DNA of 41,564 bases, from the IMG/VR virus record IMGVR_UViG_3300045988_083850; one strand, given 5' to 3'. A model generated the notes under the pieces. That model saw only the letters and a program-made list of their open reading frames with translations. It had not been told where the DNA came from and did not search any database. The stretch is from a virus. The translations under genes and the position numbers were made by a program. Within the stretch, counting starts at the first letter, position 1. Every line of letters begins with the position of its first letter. Of the stretch, positions 7,177 through 16,225 are shown one piece after another.

Positions 7177-7833
7177 ATGAAAACAGATTTTAATATTAAC
7201 GTACAGGTCAATTTGGGTGTAACACCCGAAATCGTGGCTTTGGTAAATGCCATTTTGTGCCACCGACCAACAGTTGCGCCGACCGCCGAGGAAGCACTCG
7301 ACGGAAACGGACAAGTAGATAACAAGCCAGAGGACACCACCCAGGCACAGCCTCAACAGCCTACTAACAAGCGAGGCAGAAAGAAGAAAGAGGACGCAGC
7401 CGCCGACAAGCCGGAGCCTACCAAGGAGCCAGCCGGAGACGAACAGCAGGAGGCAGCAGCCAACGAAGCCGATGCCAACGGTGAGCAGGTAGCCGAGCAG
7501 GAAGAAGCCAAAGCCGAGGAAGCCGCCCCACAGAATGAGGGCCAGGCCAAAGCAGAGGCAGAGCAGAAGCCATTAACCGCCGAAGACGTTAGGGCAGCTA
7601 TGCACAAGACACGCCAACGTATCGAGGGTGAAGACTACAAGGAGAACACCAACGGCGATCTATACAAGAAGTACCATAAGCCATTAACGGCACAGTTCAA
7701 GAACATAGCCGCTTTGTTGGGTGCTGAAAAACCGAGTGCTTTGCCACCTGATAAGATTGCAAATTTCATTGAGCAGTGCAACGGTTTGCAGATAATGGAA
7801 GATGGCACGATCGGTTCAAATTGCCCATTTTAG
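7177..7833 (+). CDS. hypothetical protein with acidic E/A/Q-rich low-complexity centre
   Basis: 218-aa ORF preceded by ATATACAAagATG. The central region is low-complexity (EQQEAAANEADANGEQVAEQEEAKAEEAAPQNEGQAKAEAEQK) and the C-terminus looks globular. Confidence 0.5.
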   Translation: MKTDFNINVQVNLGVTPEIVALVNAILCHRPTVAPTAEEALDGNGQVDNKPEDTTQAQPQQPTNKRGRKKKEDAAADKPEPTKEPAGDEQQEAAANEADANGEQVAEQEEAKAEEAAPQNEGQAKAEAEQKPLTAEDVRAAMHKTRQRIEGEDYKENTNGDLYKKYHKPLTAQFKNIAALLGAEKPSALPPDKIANFIEQCNGLQIMEDGTIGSNCPF

Positions 7834-7858
7834 TAACAACATTTAATCATATACAATT

Positions 7859-9007
7859 ATGGCAGGTAAACACGCTTTATTATCACCAAGTGCGGCGCAT
7901 CGTTGGATGAATTGTACCGCCGCCCCACTTCTGGAAAAAGACGTGGAGGATAAGGGCAGCACCTTTGCAGAGGAGGGAACGTTAGCCCACGCCTATTGCG
8001 CCAAGAAACTGAAAGAGTTTTTGGGTTTGTCGGTGGATGAGGAAAAAGCCGAGATAGTGCAGTTAGACGAGCAGTACCACAGTGGCGAAATGGACGAGTA
8101 CACCGATACGTACAAGACTATCGTACTGGAAAAGTTCAACGCCGCCCGAGCTAAGACCAAGGACGCACAATTGTTGGTTGAGGTCAAGTTAGATTTTAGT
8201 CACTATGTGCCTGATGCTTTCGGTACGTCGGACGCTATCATTATTGCCGATGGCGTGATGGAGGTTATCGACTTTAAGTATGGCAAGGGCGTAAAGGTGT
8301 CAGCCGTGGAAAATCCACAAATGATGATTTACGCTTTGGGCGCATGGGATTTATTTAACTTTGAGTACGACATACGTAAGGTACGCATGACTATCGTACA
8401 ACCACGTATTGATAATCTTTCAGAGTTCGAGTTAGATGCCGCCGACCTCATTAATTGGGCAGTCGATGAGCTGCAACCAAAAGCCAACGAAGCCTATGCC
8501 GGAGGTAAGCAAAAGCCGGGCAATTGGTGTCAGTTCTGCAAGGTTAAGGCCAACTGCAAAGCCCTATCGTCTATGTGCATCGAAGCACAGCAAGCCAACC
8601 CCGACCCACGTAAGATTAGCAAGGAAGTAATGGAAAGCACTATACTACCTTTGCTTTCAACGTTCAAAACGTGGCTAACTGGAGTTGAGGAGTACAGTTT
8701 GGAACAGGCGTTAAATGGTGTACAGTACCAAGGTTTCAAAATCGTTGAGGGGCGCAGTATCCGCAAGATAACAAACCCAACCGCCGTTATGGAACTTTTA
8801 GGCAAAGAGGGTTTTGCTAAAGAATCCTACATTAAGCCTACCGAGCTACGAAGTATTACCGATTTGGAGAAGCTCATTGGTAAGAAACGCTTTGGTGCAA
8901 TTTGCGCCGAGTACATCAACAAGCCACAAGGCAAACCAACGTTAGTGCCTGAATCAGATAAACGCCCGGCGTTTAATCAGGCGGCAGACGACTTTAAAGA
9001 CATTTAA
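7859..9007 (+). CDS. PD-(D/E)XK / Cas4-like exonuclease (DUF2800-like)
   Basis: N-terminus HALLSPSAAHRWMNCTAAP, a D..D/E-x-K-like core (SDAIIIADGVMEVIDFKYGKG) and a C-terminal cysteine cluster WCQFCKVKANC. It sits in the nuclease-SSB-PolA gene order. Confidence 0.65.
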   Translation: MAGKHALLSPSAAHRWMNCTAAPLLEKDVEDKGSTFAEEGTLAHAYCAKKLKEFLGLSVDEEKAEIVQLDEQYHSGEMDEYTDTYKTIVLEKFNAARAKTKDAQLLVEVKLDFSHYVPDAFGTSDAIIIADGVMEVIDFKYGKGVKVSAVENPQMMIYALGAWDLFNFEYDIRKVRMTIVQPRIDNLSEFELDAADLINWAVDELQPKANEAYAGGKQKPGNWCQFCKVKANCKALSSMCIEAQQANPDPRKISKEVMESTILPLLSTFKTWLTGVEEYSLEQALNGVQYQGFKIVEGRSIRKITNPTAVMELLGKEGFAKESYIKPTELRSITDLEKLIGKKRFGAICAEYINKPQGKPTLVPESDKRPAFNQAADDFKDI

Positions 9008-9033
9008 GTTTAACATTTTAAATATATACAATT

Positions 9034-9597
9034 ATGATAGACCCTAAAGTAGTTAATGACACTAAGGTAATCTTTGGCCCATGCCGCCTTAGTTACACCC
9101 ACGTTTTCGAGAAGTACAGCCCAGACGGTGACGGAGAGGGCAAGTTTATGACTAGCGTTTTGATCCCGAAGTCTGAAAAGAAGACTATCGAAGCAATCAA
9201 AAAGGCAATCGAGGCAGCTAAGAAAGCCGCTATCGTAGCCAAGTGGGGAGGCAAAGAGCCTAAAAAACTTGATTTGGCTTTGCGTGATGGCGACGAAAAG
9301 GACGATGAGGTTTACGAAGACCACTTCTATTTGAATGCCAAGAACAACACACGCCCGGGCGTGGTAGATCGCAAGAAAGTGCCTATCGTGGACGAGGAAG
9401 AAGTTTACAGCGGCGTTTGGGCGATTGTGTCGGTAACTTTCTATGGCTACGACGTAAGCGGTAACAAGGGCGTAGCGTGCGGCCTCAACAACATTATGAA
9501 GTTCAAGGACGACGACCATTTGGGCGGCAGAGTATCAGCCGAAAGCGACTTTGGCGATTTGGACGGCATCGACGATGAGGACGACGACGATTTGTAA
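9034..9597 (+). CDS. phage single-stranded DNA-binding protein (DUF2815-like)
   Basis: Lies between the nuclease and the polymerase. The acidic C-terminal tail DLDGIDDEDDDDL is typical of SSBs. Also carries the motif FYGYDVSGNKGVACGLNNIM. Confidence 0.6.
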   Translation: MIDPKVVNDTKVIFGPCRLSYTHVFEKYSPDGDGEGKFMTSVLIPKSEKKTIEAIKKAIEAAKKAAIVAKWGGKEPKKLDLALRDGDEKDDEVYEDHFYLNAKNNTRPGVVDRKKVPIVDEEEVYSGVWAIVSVTFYGYDVSGNKGVACGLNNIMKFKDDDHLGGRVSAESDFGDLDGIDDEDDDDL

Positions 9598-9686
9598 AGT
9601 GCTTTTTTCTCTACGATAAAATGTTAATGTAGTAGCCCCCGGCGGCGGAAAGAGGAAGCCGCCGGGGTAATCAAACAACAAAGCGT

Positions 9687-11660
9687 ATGAAAGAATTAGG
9701 CATAGACATCGAAACATATAGTAGCAACGACCTAACCGAGTGTGGCGTTTACAAGTACGTGGAAGCCGAAGACTTTACCATATTGCTTTTTGGGTACAGT
9801 GTGGATGGTGGTCCGGCTAAATGTGTGGACTTTGCAAGCAGCGAAACTTTGCCGCCGGACATCAAAGCAGCATTAACCGACCCCGAGGTAATAAAGACCG
9901 CTTTCAATGCAGCTTTTGAGCGTATTTGTATCGGCGTGTATTTAGGCATCAAAGGGCGATTAGACCCGAGACAATGGCGGTGTACGATGGTAAGAGCCGC
10001 CCGAATGGGTTTGCCGCTTTCGTTGGCTCAATGTGGTGAGGTGCTTAAACTGGAAGACAGAAAGATGACAGAGGGTAAAGCCCTGATAAGATACTTTAGT
10101 GTTCCAAACAAGCAAACCAAACAGGGCATAACAAAGATGATCCGACACAAGCCGAGCGATGCGCCCGAAAAATGGGCAACGTTCAAAACCTACAATATCC
10201 GAGACGTGGACGTGGAGCAAGCCATCTTAAAAAAGGTCAGAAGATTGGAAGCACCAGAGTTTGACGAAGATTTGTACGTAGCCGATCAGCACATTAACGA
10301 CCGTGGCGTGATGATAGACCAAGTATTGGTAAACAATGCCGCCCGATTTGATGAGCTATACAAAGATGAGCTATTTGCAGAAGCCCGAAAACTTACAGGC
10401 ATGAGTAACCCGAACAGCCCCGGACAGATTAAGCAATACATATCCGAGAACACCGGGTTTACTATTGATAGCCTCAACAAAAAGAATTTGGACGACTACG
10501 AGGTACAGTTTAAGTATTGGCCCAAGGTGCAGAAAGTTTTGGCTTTGCGTAGGGAAATGGGTAAGACTTCTAACAAGAAGTACACAACTATGCAAAAATG
10601 TGTCTGCAAGGATAGCCGAGTACATGGTTTGTTGCAGTTTTGCGGTGCAGCACGTACAGGCAGATGGGCAGGACGTTTGGTGCAGTTGCAGAACCTACCA
10701 CAAAACCATCTGGAAAGTCTAGATGATGCACGCTATTTGGTTAAGCAGGGTGATTTGGAAGAGTTTGAAATGAACTACGGAAACGTTACCCAAGTACTTA
10801 GCGAGTTGATACGTACCGCTTTCATAGCCAAGCCCGGTTGCACGTTCCACGTATGCGACTTTTCAGCGATCGAGGCACGTGTGATAGCATGGATAGCCGG
10901 GGAAACATGGGTATTGGACGCTTTCAGGGCAGGGCACGACATCTATTGTGAGACTGCAAGCAAGATGTTTGGTGTACCAGTGCAAAAGCACGGCCCCAAC
11001 GGAGATTTGAGACCGAAAGGCAAAGTAGCCGTTTTAGGTTTGGGTTACGGCGGCGGCGTATCGGCATTGGAAGCGATGGGCGGTAAGAAGTTAGGTTTAA
11101 CAGAATCCGAGGAAAAAGACATCGTAAACAAGTGGCGAGACAGTAACCCACATATCGTTAAGTTGTGGCGTACCGTTGAGAAAGCGGCTATCATAGCCAT
11201 TAAGACAGGAAAAAGCGTGCAGATACAACGAGGCATTATTATTAGTTATCGTTGGGGTATGTTGCTAATTACCCTACCAAGTGGCAGGACTATTTGTTAC
11301 CCACGTACAGAGGTTGGAATCGAGACAAACGACGGTTGGCGAGGCGACCACGAAATTATCGAATATGAGGGTTTGAACCAAAAAACGAAGAAGTGGGGAA
11401 AATTGAGAACCTACGGCGGTAAGCTAACCGAGAACATCGTACAGGCTACGGCACGTGACATATTGGGTTGTGTGATACTTAGAGCCGAGCAACGAGGGTT
11501 AAACGTAGTTTTCCATATACACGATGAGATCATCGTTGAGGCTACGAAAGACCAGACGTTACCGATGGTTGAGGCTTTGTTTAGTGAGCCTATACCGTGG
11601 TGCAAAGATCTGCCGCTCAAAGGTGCAGGGTACACCACCCCATATTATTTAAAAGATTAA
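9687..11660 (+). CDS. family A DNA polymerase with 3'-5' exonuclease domain
   Basis: Exo I motif LGIDIETYS, Pol motif A HVCDFSAIEARVIAW, motif B KGKVAVLGLGYGGG, motif C FHIHDEIIVE. Confidence 0.88.
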   Translation: MKELGIDIETYSSNDLTECGVYKYVEAEDFTILLFGYSVDGGPAKCVDFASSETLPPDIKAALTDPEVIKTAFNAAFERICIGVYLGIKGRLDPRQWRCTMVRAARMGLPLSLAQCGEVLKLEDRKMTEGKALIRYFSVPNKQTKQGITKMIRHKPSDAPEKWATFKTYNIRDVDVEQAILKKVRRLEAPEFDEDLYVADQHINDRGVMIDQVLVNNAARFDELYKDELFAEARKLTGMSNPNSPGQIKQYISENTGFTIDSLNKKNLDDYEVQFKYWPKVQKVLALRREMGKTSNKKYTTMQKCVCKDSRVHGLLQFCGAARTGRWAGRLVQLQNLPQNHLESLDDARYLVKQGDLEEFEMNYGNVTQVLSELIRTAFIAKPGCTFHVCDFSAIEARVIAWIAGETWVLDAFRAGHDIYCETASKMFGVPVQKHGPNGDLRPKGKVAVLGLGYGGGVSALEAMGGKKLGLTESEEKDIVNKWRDSNPHIVKLWRTVEKAAIIAIKTGKSVQIQRGIIISYRWGMLLITLPSGRTICYPRTEVGIETNDGWRGDHEIIEYEGLNQKTKKWGKLRTYGGKLTENIVQATARDILGCVILRAEQRGLNVVFHIHDEIIVEATKDQTLPMVEALFSEPIPWCKDLPLKGAGYTTPYYLKD

Positions 11661-11682
11661 ACAATATAAAGCATATACAAAA

Positions 11683-12393
11683 ATGGAGATACAGACAAGT
11701 AAGGCACTATCAGACGTGCAGCAATTCAGATACGAGTTATTACAATGGTGTGGCAACGTGGAAGATGCGGAGAAAGCCAATACCTTTGTGATGGGTAAGA
11801 ACGAAAAGCCAGTACAGGCGCAGTTACCAAAATCCGGCATAGAGGACGGCATCTATTTGGTACACGCCGACGGCAAAGCAACTTTGTTTGAACTGGAGTA
11901 CACCAAAGACGACAACATGAATAGCGAGGTAGCGGCTATCGGTTTGAAGATGGGTAGCTTTGGCATTAAGATAGCTTTGCACGATGAAGCTAACGGCGAT
12001 GGTATCACACTAACAACAAAGAGCAGTGGCGACGAAGAAAACGACCAAGCCTACTATATAGACAACTACGACGATGCAGTAGCAGACATGGACGGAGCAA
12101 GAAACACCAACCATTTACGTAGTATTCTAAATCCACAGATAAAGTTAGCCGATGATTGGTACATACCATCTTTAGGCGAGTTGTACCGTATCTTTATCAA
12201 CAAAAAGACTATCAATACAGCTTTGGAGTTTGCCAAGGGCGATAAACTGCAAGACCGTTGGTATTGGACTTCTACCGAGTACAGTGCTACCAACGCATGG
12301 ACTCTGTACCTCAGCGACGGTATTACGTACCGTTGGAACACTAAGGCCAGCGACACGGGCAGAGTTAGGGCAGTGTCAGCATTTATTTTTTAG
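11683..12393 (+). CDS. DGR target protein 2 (DUF1566/C-type-lectin-fold variable C-terminus) in the replication module
   Basis: The C-terminus DWYIPSLGELYRIF...RWYWTSTEYSATNAWTLYLSDGITYRWNTKASDTGRVRAVSAFIF is paralogous to target 1. It contains VR2. No signal peptide or lipobox. Confidence 0.9.
   Translation: MEIQTSKALSDVQQFRYELLQWCGNVEDAEKANTFVMGKNEKPVQAQLPKSGIEDGIYLVHADGKATLFELEYTKDDNMNSEVAAIGLKMGSFGIKIALHDEANGDGITLTTKSSGDEENDQAYYIDNYDDAVADMDGARNTNHLRSILNPQIKLADDWYIPSLGELYRIFINKKTINTALEFAKGDKLQDRWYWTSTEYSATNAWTLYLSDGITYRWNTKASDTGRVRAVSAFIF
12274..12381 (+). repeat. DGR variable repeat VR2
   Basis: 108 nt, the same length as TR. Hand alignment gives 11 substitutions, all at TR adenines, and the last 21 nt are identical to TR. 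Confidence 0.93.
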
Positions 12394-12421
12394 CCCTTAA
12401 TATTTTAGTTTTTAATCTTTA

Positions 12422-12439
12422 GCACGGCGAAAGCCGTGC
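12422..12439 (+). promoter_or_regulatory. post-VR2 stem-loop with GAAA loop
   Basis: gcacggc-gaaa-gccgtgc forms a 7-bp stem. Relative to the VR1 hairpin the t:a pair is replaced by c:g (a compensatory change). Confidence 0.75.
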
Positions 12440-12463
12440 CATTATTCACCAATACCGCCAATT

Positions 12464-12613
12464 ATGAAAAAGATGTACTGCAAAACGTGCCTATCATACG
12501 ATCCTGATGAAGACAAACCCGGTTATGGAGTTTGCCATCTATCGGAGTGTGAAGTTTGCGAACAGTGCCCCGGTTGCATAGATTGGCGGTATTTTAAGAT
12601 TTGGTTTAGTTAG
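12464..12613 (+). CDS. small cysteine-rich protein (zinc-ribbon-like), below the ORF-track size cutoff
   Basis: ATG 12464 to TAG 12611-12613 encodes 49 aa: MKKMYCKTCLSYDPDEDKPGYGVCHLSECEVCEQCPGCIDWRYFKIWFS. It has seven Cys, including CxxC and CxxCxxCxxC. The stop lies 2 nt before the next start. Confidence 0.5.
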   Translation: MKKMYCKTCLSYDPDEDKPGYGVCHLSECEVCEQCPGCIDWRYFKIWFS

Positions 12614-12615
12614 TT

Positions 12616-13522
12616 ATGAACAGTACAGCGTATCAAAAGAGAAAGCCCCTTAACTTTGACAAAAAGTTGCAACATAGTATCGAGTTATTACAGAAGTCGG
12701 AAAAGTTGGCTTTGCGTTATTCAGATAAGGGGTTTTATTTGGCATTTAGTGGGGGCAAAGACAGCCAAAGCCTTTACCACGTGGCAGTATTAGCAGGTGT
12801 AAAGTTTGACGCTCATTATAGCCTCACGACTTTAGACCCACCAGAGTTAGTTATATTTATTCGTAACAAATATCCTGATGTTGCGATAGACAGACCAAAA
12901 CTAACCTTTGCCCAACTTTGCATTAAAAGTAAGGCTTTGCCAACTCGCTTAATGCGCTTTTGTTGCGCCGTACTGAAAGAAACCAAGGGAGCCGGGACAG
13001 TTACACTTACAGGCGTAAGGCGTGAGGAATCCGTACAGCGCAGCCACAGAAACGAAGCCGAGATTATCAGGGCAAAGAAGACAGACCGATTTAGTGGCAG
13101 CTTTGAGCAGTTAGACCAATTCACACGAAGCCAAGAAGTAGAGGGCGTGCAGTGTGTCAAGGGCAAAGACAAAATCGTAATAAACCCTATCATAGATTGG
13201 ACGAGAGAAGATGTTTGGTACTTTCTTAATGAAGTCGTTAAAGTAGAACATTGCGAGCTATACGATAAAGGTTGGCAGCGTATTGGGTGTTTGTTTTGCC
13301 CGATGGCAAGCCAAAAGGAAATTATAAAACAAGGGGGGGGCATATCCACGCTACAAGGCTTTAATATTACGTACCATACACCGACTAAGAGAAAACGGCT
13401 ATATGAATCGTTATACCGACCTAACAGACGAGGAGGTTTTTAATTGGTGGACTTCTAAGCAGGGCATTAAACATTGGTATTGTGAGCATAAATTACAGGG
13501 CAATTTGTTCGATGATTTATAA
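12616..13522 (+). CDS. PAPS reductase / PP-loop family protein, reading frame broken at a G8 tract (13333-13340)
   Basis: PP-loop LAFSGGKDSQS and a cysteine pair CLFCPMA. The track ORF ends at 13443, after 37 codons that look out of frame. Removing one G opens 60 codons to TAA 13520-13522 (AYPRYKALILRTIHRLRENGYMNRYTDLTDEEVFNWWTSKQGIKHWYCEHKLQGNLFDDL). Confidence 0.7.
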
Positions 13523-13557
13523 ACCAAAATACCGATCATCTTAAAAAGTAAAACAAT

Positions 13558-13815
13558 ATGGCAAAAGATTTCAAATACATAAGGTTTATGGTATTTAAGG
13601 CAAGCAACATTAAATACCTATTCGAGCAGTTGGACGATGAGCCACGACCATTTGAGTTAGTGGTACACCCACCAATAGGCAAAATCGGTGTGCGCCCGGT
13701 TACTATCAAGGCAAGCAACGAGGAAGATGCTAAGTACTTTAAGGGTATCTTAGATAAGTTATCGTATGAATCTTTAGAAAGATTGACGTATGGCACAGAT
13801 AAAGTTAAACAATGA
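13558..13815 (+). CDS. hypothetical protein
   Basis: 85-aa ORF whose 3' end overlaps the primase-helicase start by 26 nt. No motif recognised. Confidence 0.45.
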   Translation: MAKDFKYIRFMVFKASNIKYLFEQLDDEPRPFELVVHPPIGKIGVRPVTIKASNEEDAKYFKGILDKLSYESLERLTYGTDKVKQ

Positions 13816-16225
13816 TTTCCCGATCGACATAGCAACAGCCCATAGCCGTATGGCAAAGAAGTGGAAGAACAAAGCGACCACATGGGCGAAGTTGGTAGAG
13901 CGATGCAGCGAAACAAAGCGAACCACGGAAAGCGTAAGTGAGTACGCCAAGATGAGCAGGGAGGAACAAAGCAGCATCAAGGACGTAGGCGGTTTTGTCG
14001 GTGGCTACCTATCTGGAGGAACACGAAAGACCGCTAACGTGATGTGGCGAAGTATTGCCACACTTGATATTGACTACGGTACACCGGACCTTTGGGATGA
14101 GTTCACACTAAACTTTGACTTTGCGGCGATGCTTTACAGCACACACAAGCACACGCCGAAAAACCCACGCTTTCGTTTAGTGTTCCCATTGAGCCGTCAG
14201 GTACGCCCAGATGAGTACGAGCCACTTTGCAGGATGATAGCAAGCAAACTTAATATCGAGGTGTTCGACGATACCACCTATCAGTTAGCGAGATTGTTTT
14301 ATTATCCATCTACAAGCAGAGACGGCGAATATGTGTTTGAGTACCAAGACGGCAAGGCGTGCAACGTTGATGAGTTCCTAAAGCAGTACCACGACTATAA
14401 AGATGTGGCACTTTGGCCAGTATCGAGCCGAGAGGGTGACATCATCGTACACGAATTGAAAAAGGTAGGTGATCCGACCGAAAAGCCCGGCTTAATTGGT
14501 GCTTTTTGCCGTGCCTATTCAATAGAGGATGCAATCGACACGTTTCTACCTGATGTGTACGAGAAGACCGCCCACGATGGGCGATACACCTACATTAATG
14601 GTAGTGTGGCGGCAGGTTTGGTTTGCTATGAGGGTAAGTTTGCATACAGTAATCACGAAACAGACCCGGCGAGTAAGCAGCTTTGCAATGCTTTCGACCT
14701 TTGCCGAATACATCTATATGGTGTGCGGGATGAGGGTACGAAGATAACAGACAACACACGTTTGCCGTCGTACCTGAAAATGCAGGATTTCGTAGCCAAG
14801 GATAAAAAGGTAAGAATCTTACTTACTAAGGAGCGACAGGGCCAGGCCGATGATGATTTTGCCGACATCGAAGCAGAGGAAGCCGGAGACAGCGCAGTAT
14901 CTGAAAACGCCGACAAGTGGATGGCTGAATTAGACTTTGACAAGAAAGGCAGCATCAAATCAACGGCAAGCAATATTATTGCTATACTGGAAAACGACCC
15001 AAGGTTGAAAAACCATATATGGCAAAATCTGTTTAATGGGTTTAACTACATAACAGGTGGTTTGCCGTGGAATGCCGAGGCGACACAATGGGGCAATACT
15101 GATGATGCAAATCTAAGGATCTACTTAGATGAGAAGTACGGAGTAACTGGAAAGGACAAAATCAAAGATGCTTTGGTGGCGGTCGTTACACGTCACAGAG
15201 TACACCCGATACGTGATTACCTCAATAGTCTTACATGGGACGGCGTGCCACGCTTAGACCGCCTAATTATTGATTACGTAGGTGCAGAAGATAATGAGCT
15301 AAACAGAGCAATGACACGTAAGCACTTTACGGCGGCAGTAGCCCGAGTGATGAACCCAGGGTGCAAGTATGATTATTGCCTGATTATCGCCGGAGCCGAG
15401 GGTATCGGTAAATCGACGCTTTTTAATGTGATGGGCGGCGATTGGTTTAGTGATAGTTTGGTAACGATGGAGGGTACAAAGGGTATGGAGCAAGCCCGGA
15501 ACGGTTGGGTTATCGAGTTACCGGAGTTGGGCAGTATCAAGCGGTCAGACGTGGAGCAGGTGAAAGCCTACATAAGCCGTCAGAATGATATGTACCGCCC
15601 GGCATACGGCAGCGTGATGGAATCCCACCCGAGACAATGCGTTTTTTGTGGTACGACCAACGAAACATATTTTCTAAAGGGTGAGACCGGAAACCGCCGC
15701 TTTTGGGTAATGAGCGTAAACCCAGAACTACGTAAGCATGGAGACCCACGCCAAGCGATCGAGGCAGACCGTAACCAGTTATGGGCAGAAGCCGTGCAAC
15801 GCTACAAGGATGGCGAAAAGTTGTATCTTAGCGAGGCATTGGAGGCAGAAGCCCGAAAGCGTCAGGGCGAGTTTAACGATAATCAGGAAGACCCATTACC
15901 GGGAATGATACAGGCATACTTAGATATGAAGTTGCCGACCGACTGGAGTACATGGGACTTAAACCGCCGACGTGCCTACATTAAAAACCCCGACCCACTG
16001 GATGCAACAGGCACAGAAACACGTACCAAAGTTTGTGCCGCCGAATTTCTTAGCGAGGTTTTGGGGCGTGATGTTGGCAGCAAAGATTATAAGTATGAAG
16101 CCCGAAAGGTTAATAAAGTCTTAGACGAATTAGGATGGCAAAAACGCCCTACTTTGACGTTTCCGATATATGGTAAGCAAAGGGCATTTGTCAGACCAAT
16201 AGAGGAAGACGATAGCGACCTTTAA
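13790..16225 (+). CDS. primase-helicase (VirE-family P-loop NTPase with N-terminal primase-like region)
   Basis: 811 aa. Walker A IIAGAEGIGKSTLFN, Walker B-like GWVIELPELG, then CVFCGTTNE and RRFWV, as in VirE/D5-type replicative NTPases. Confidence 0.75.
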   Translation: MAQIKLNNDFPIDIATAHSRMAKKWKNKATTWAKLVERCSETKRTTESVSEYAKMSREEQSSIKDVGGFVGGYLSGGTRKTANVMWRSIATLDIDYGTPDLWDEFTLNFDFAAMLYSTHKHTPKNPRFRLVFPLSRQVRPDEYEPLCRMIASKLNIEVFDDTTYQLARLFYYPSTSRDGEYVFEYQDGKACNVDEFLKQYHDYKDVALWPVSSREGDIIVHELKKVGDPTEKPGLIGAFCRAYSIEDAIDTFLPDVYEKTAHDGRYTYINGSVAAGLVCYEGKFAYSNHETDPASKQLCNAFDLCRIHLYGVRDEGTKITDNTRLPSYLKMQDFVAKDKKVRILLTKERQGQADDDFADIEAEEAGDSAVSENADKWMAELDFDKKGSIKSTASNIIAILENDPRLKNHIWQNLFNGFNYITGGLPWNAEATQWGNTDDANLRIYLDEKYGVTGKDKIKDALVAVVTRHRVHPIRDYLNSLTWDGVPRLDRLIIDYVGAEDNELNRAMTRKHFTAAVARVMNPGCKYDYCLIIAGAEGIGKSTLFNVMGGDWFSDSLVTMEGTKGMEQARNGWVIELPELGSIKRSDVEQVKAYISRQNDMYRPAYGSVMESHPRQCVFCGTTNETYFLKGETGNRRFWVMSVNPELRKHGDPRQAIEADRNQLWAEAVQRYKDGEKLYLSEALEAEARKRQGEFNDNQEDPLPGMIQAYLDMKLPTDWSTWDLNRRRAYIKNPDPLDATGTETRTKVCAAEFLSEVLGRDVGSKDYKYEARKVNKVLDELGWQKRPTLTFPIYGKQRAFVRPIEEDDSDL

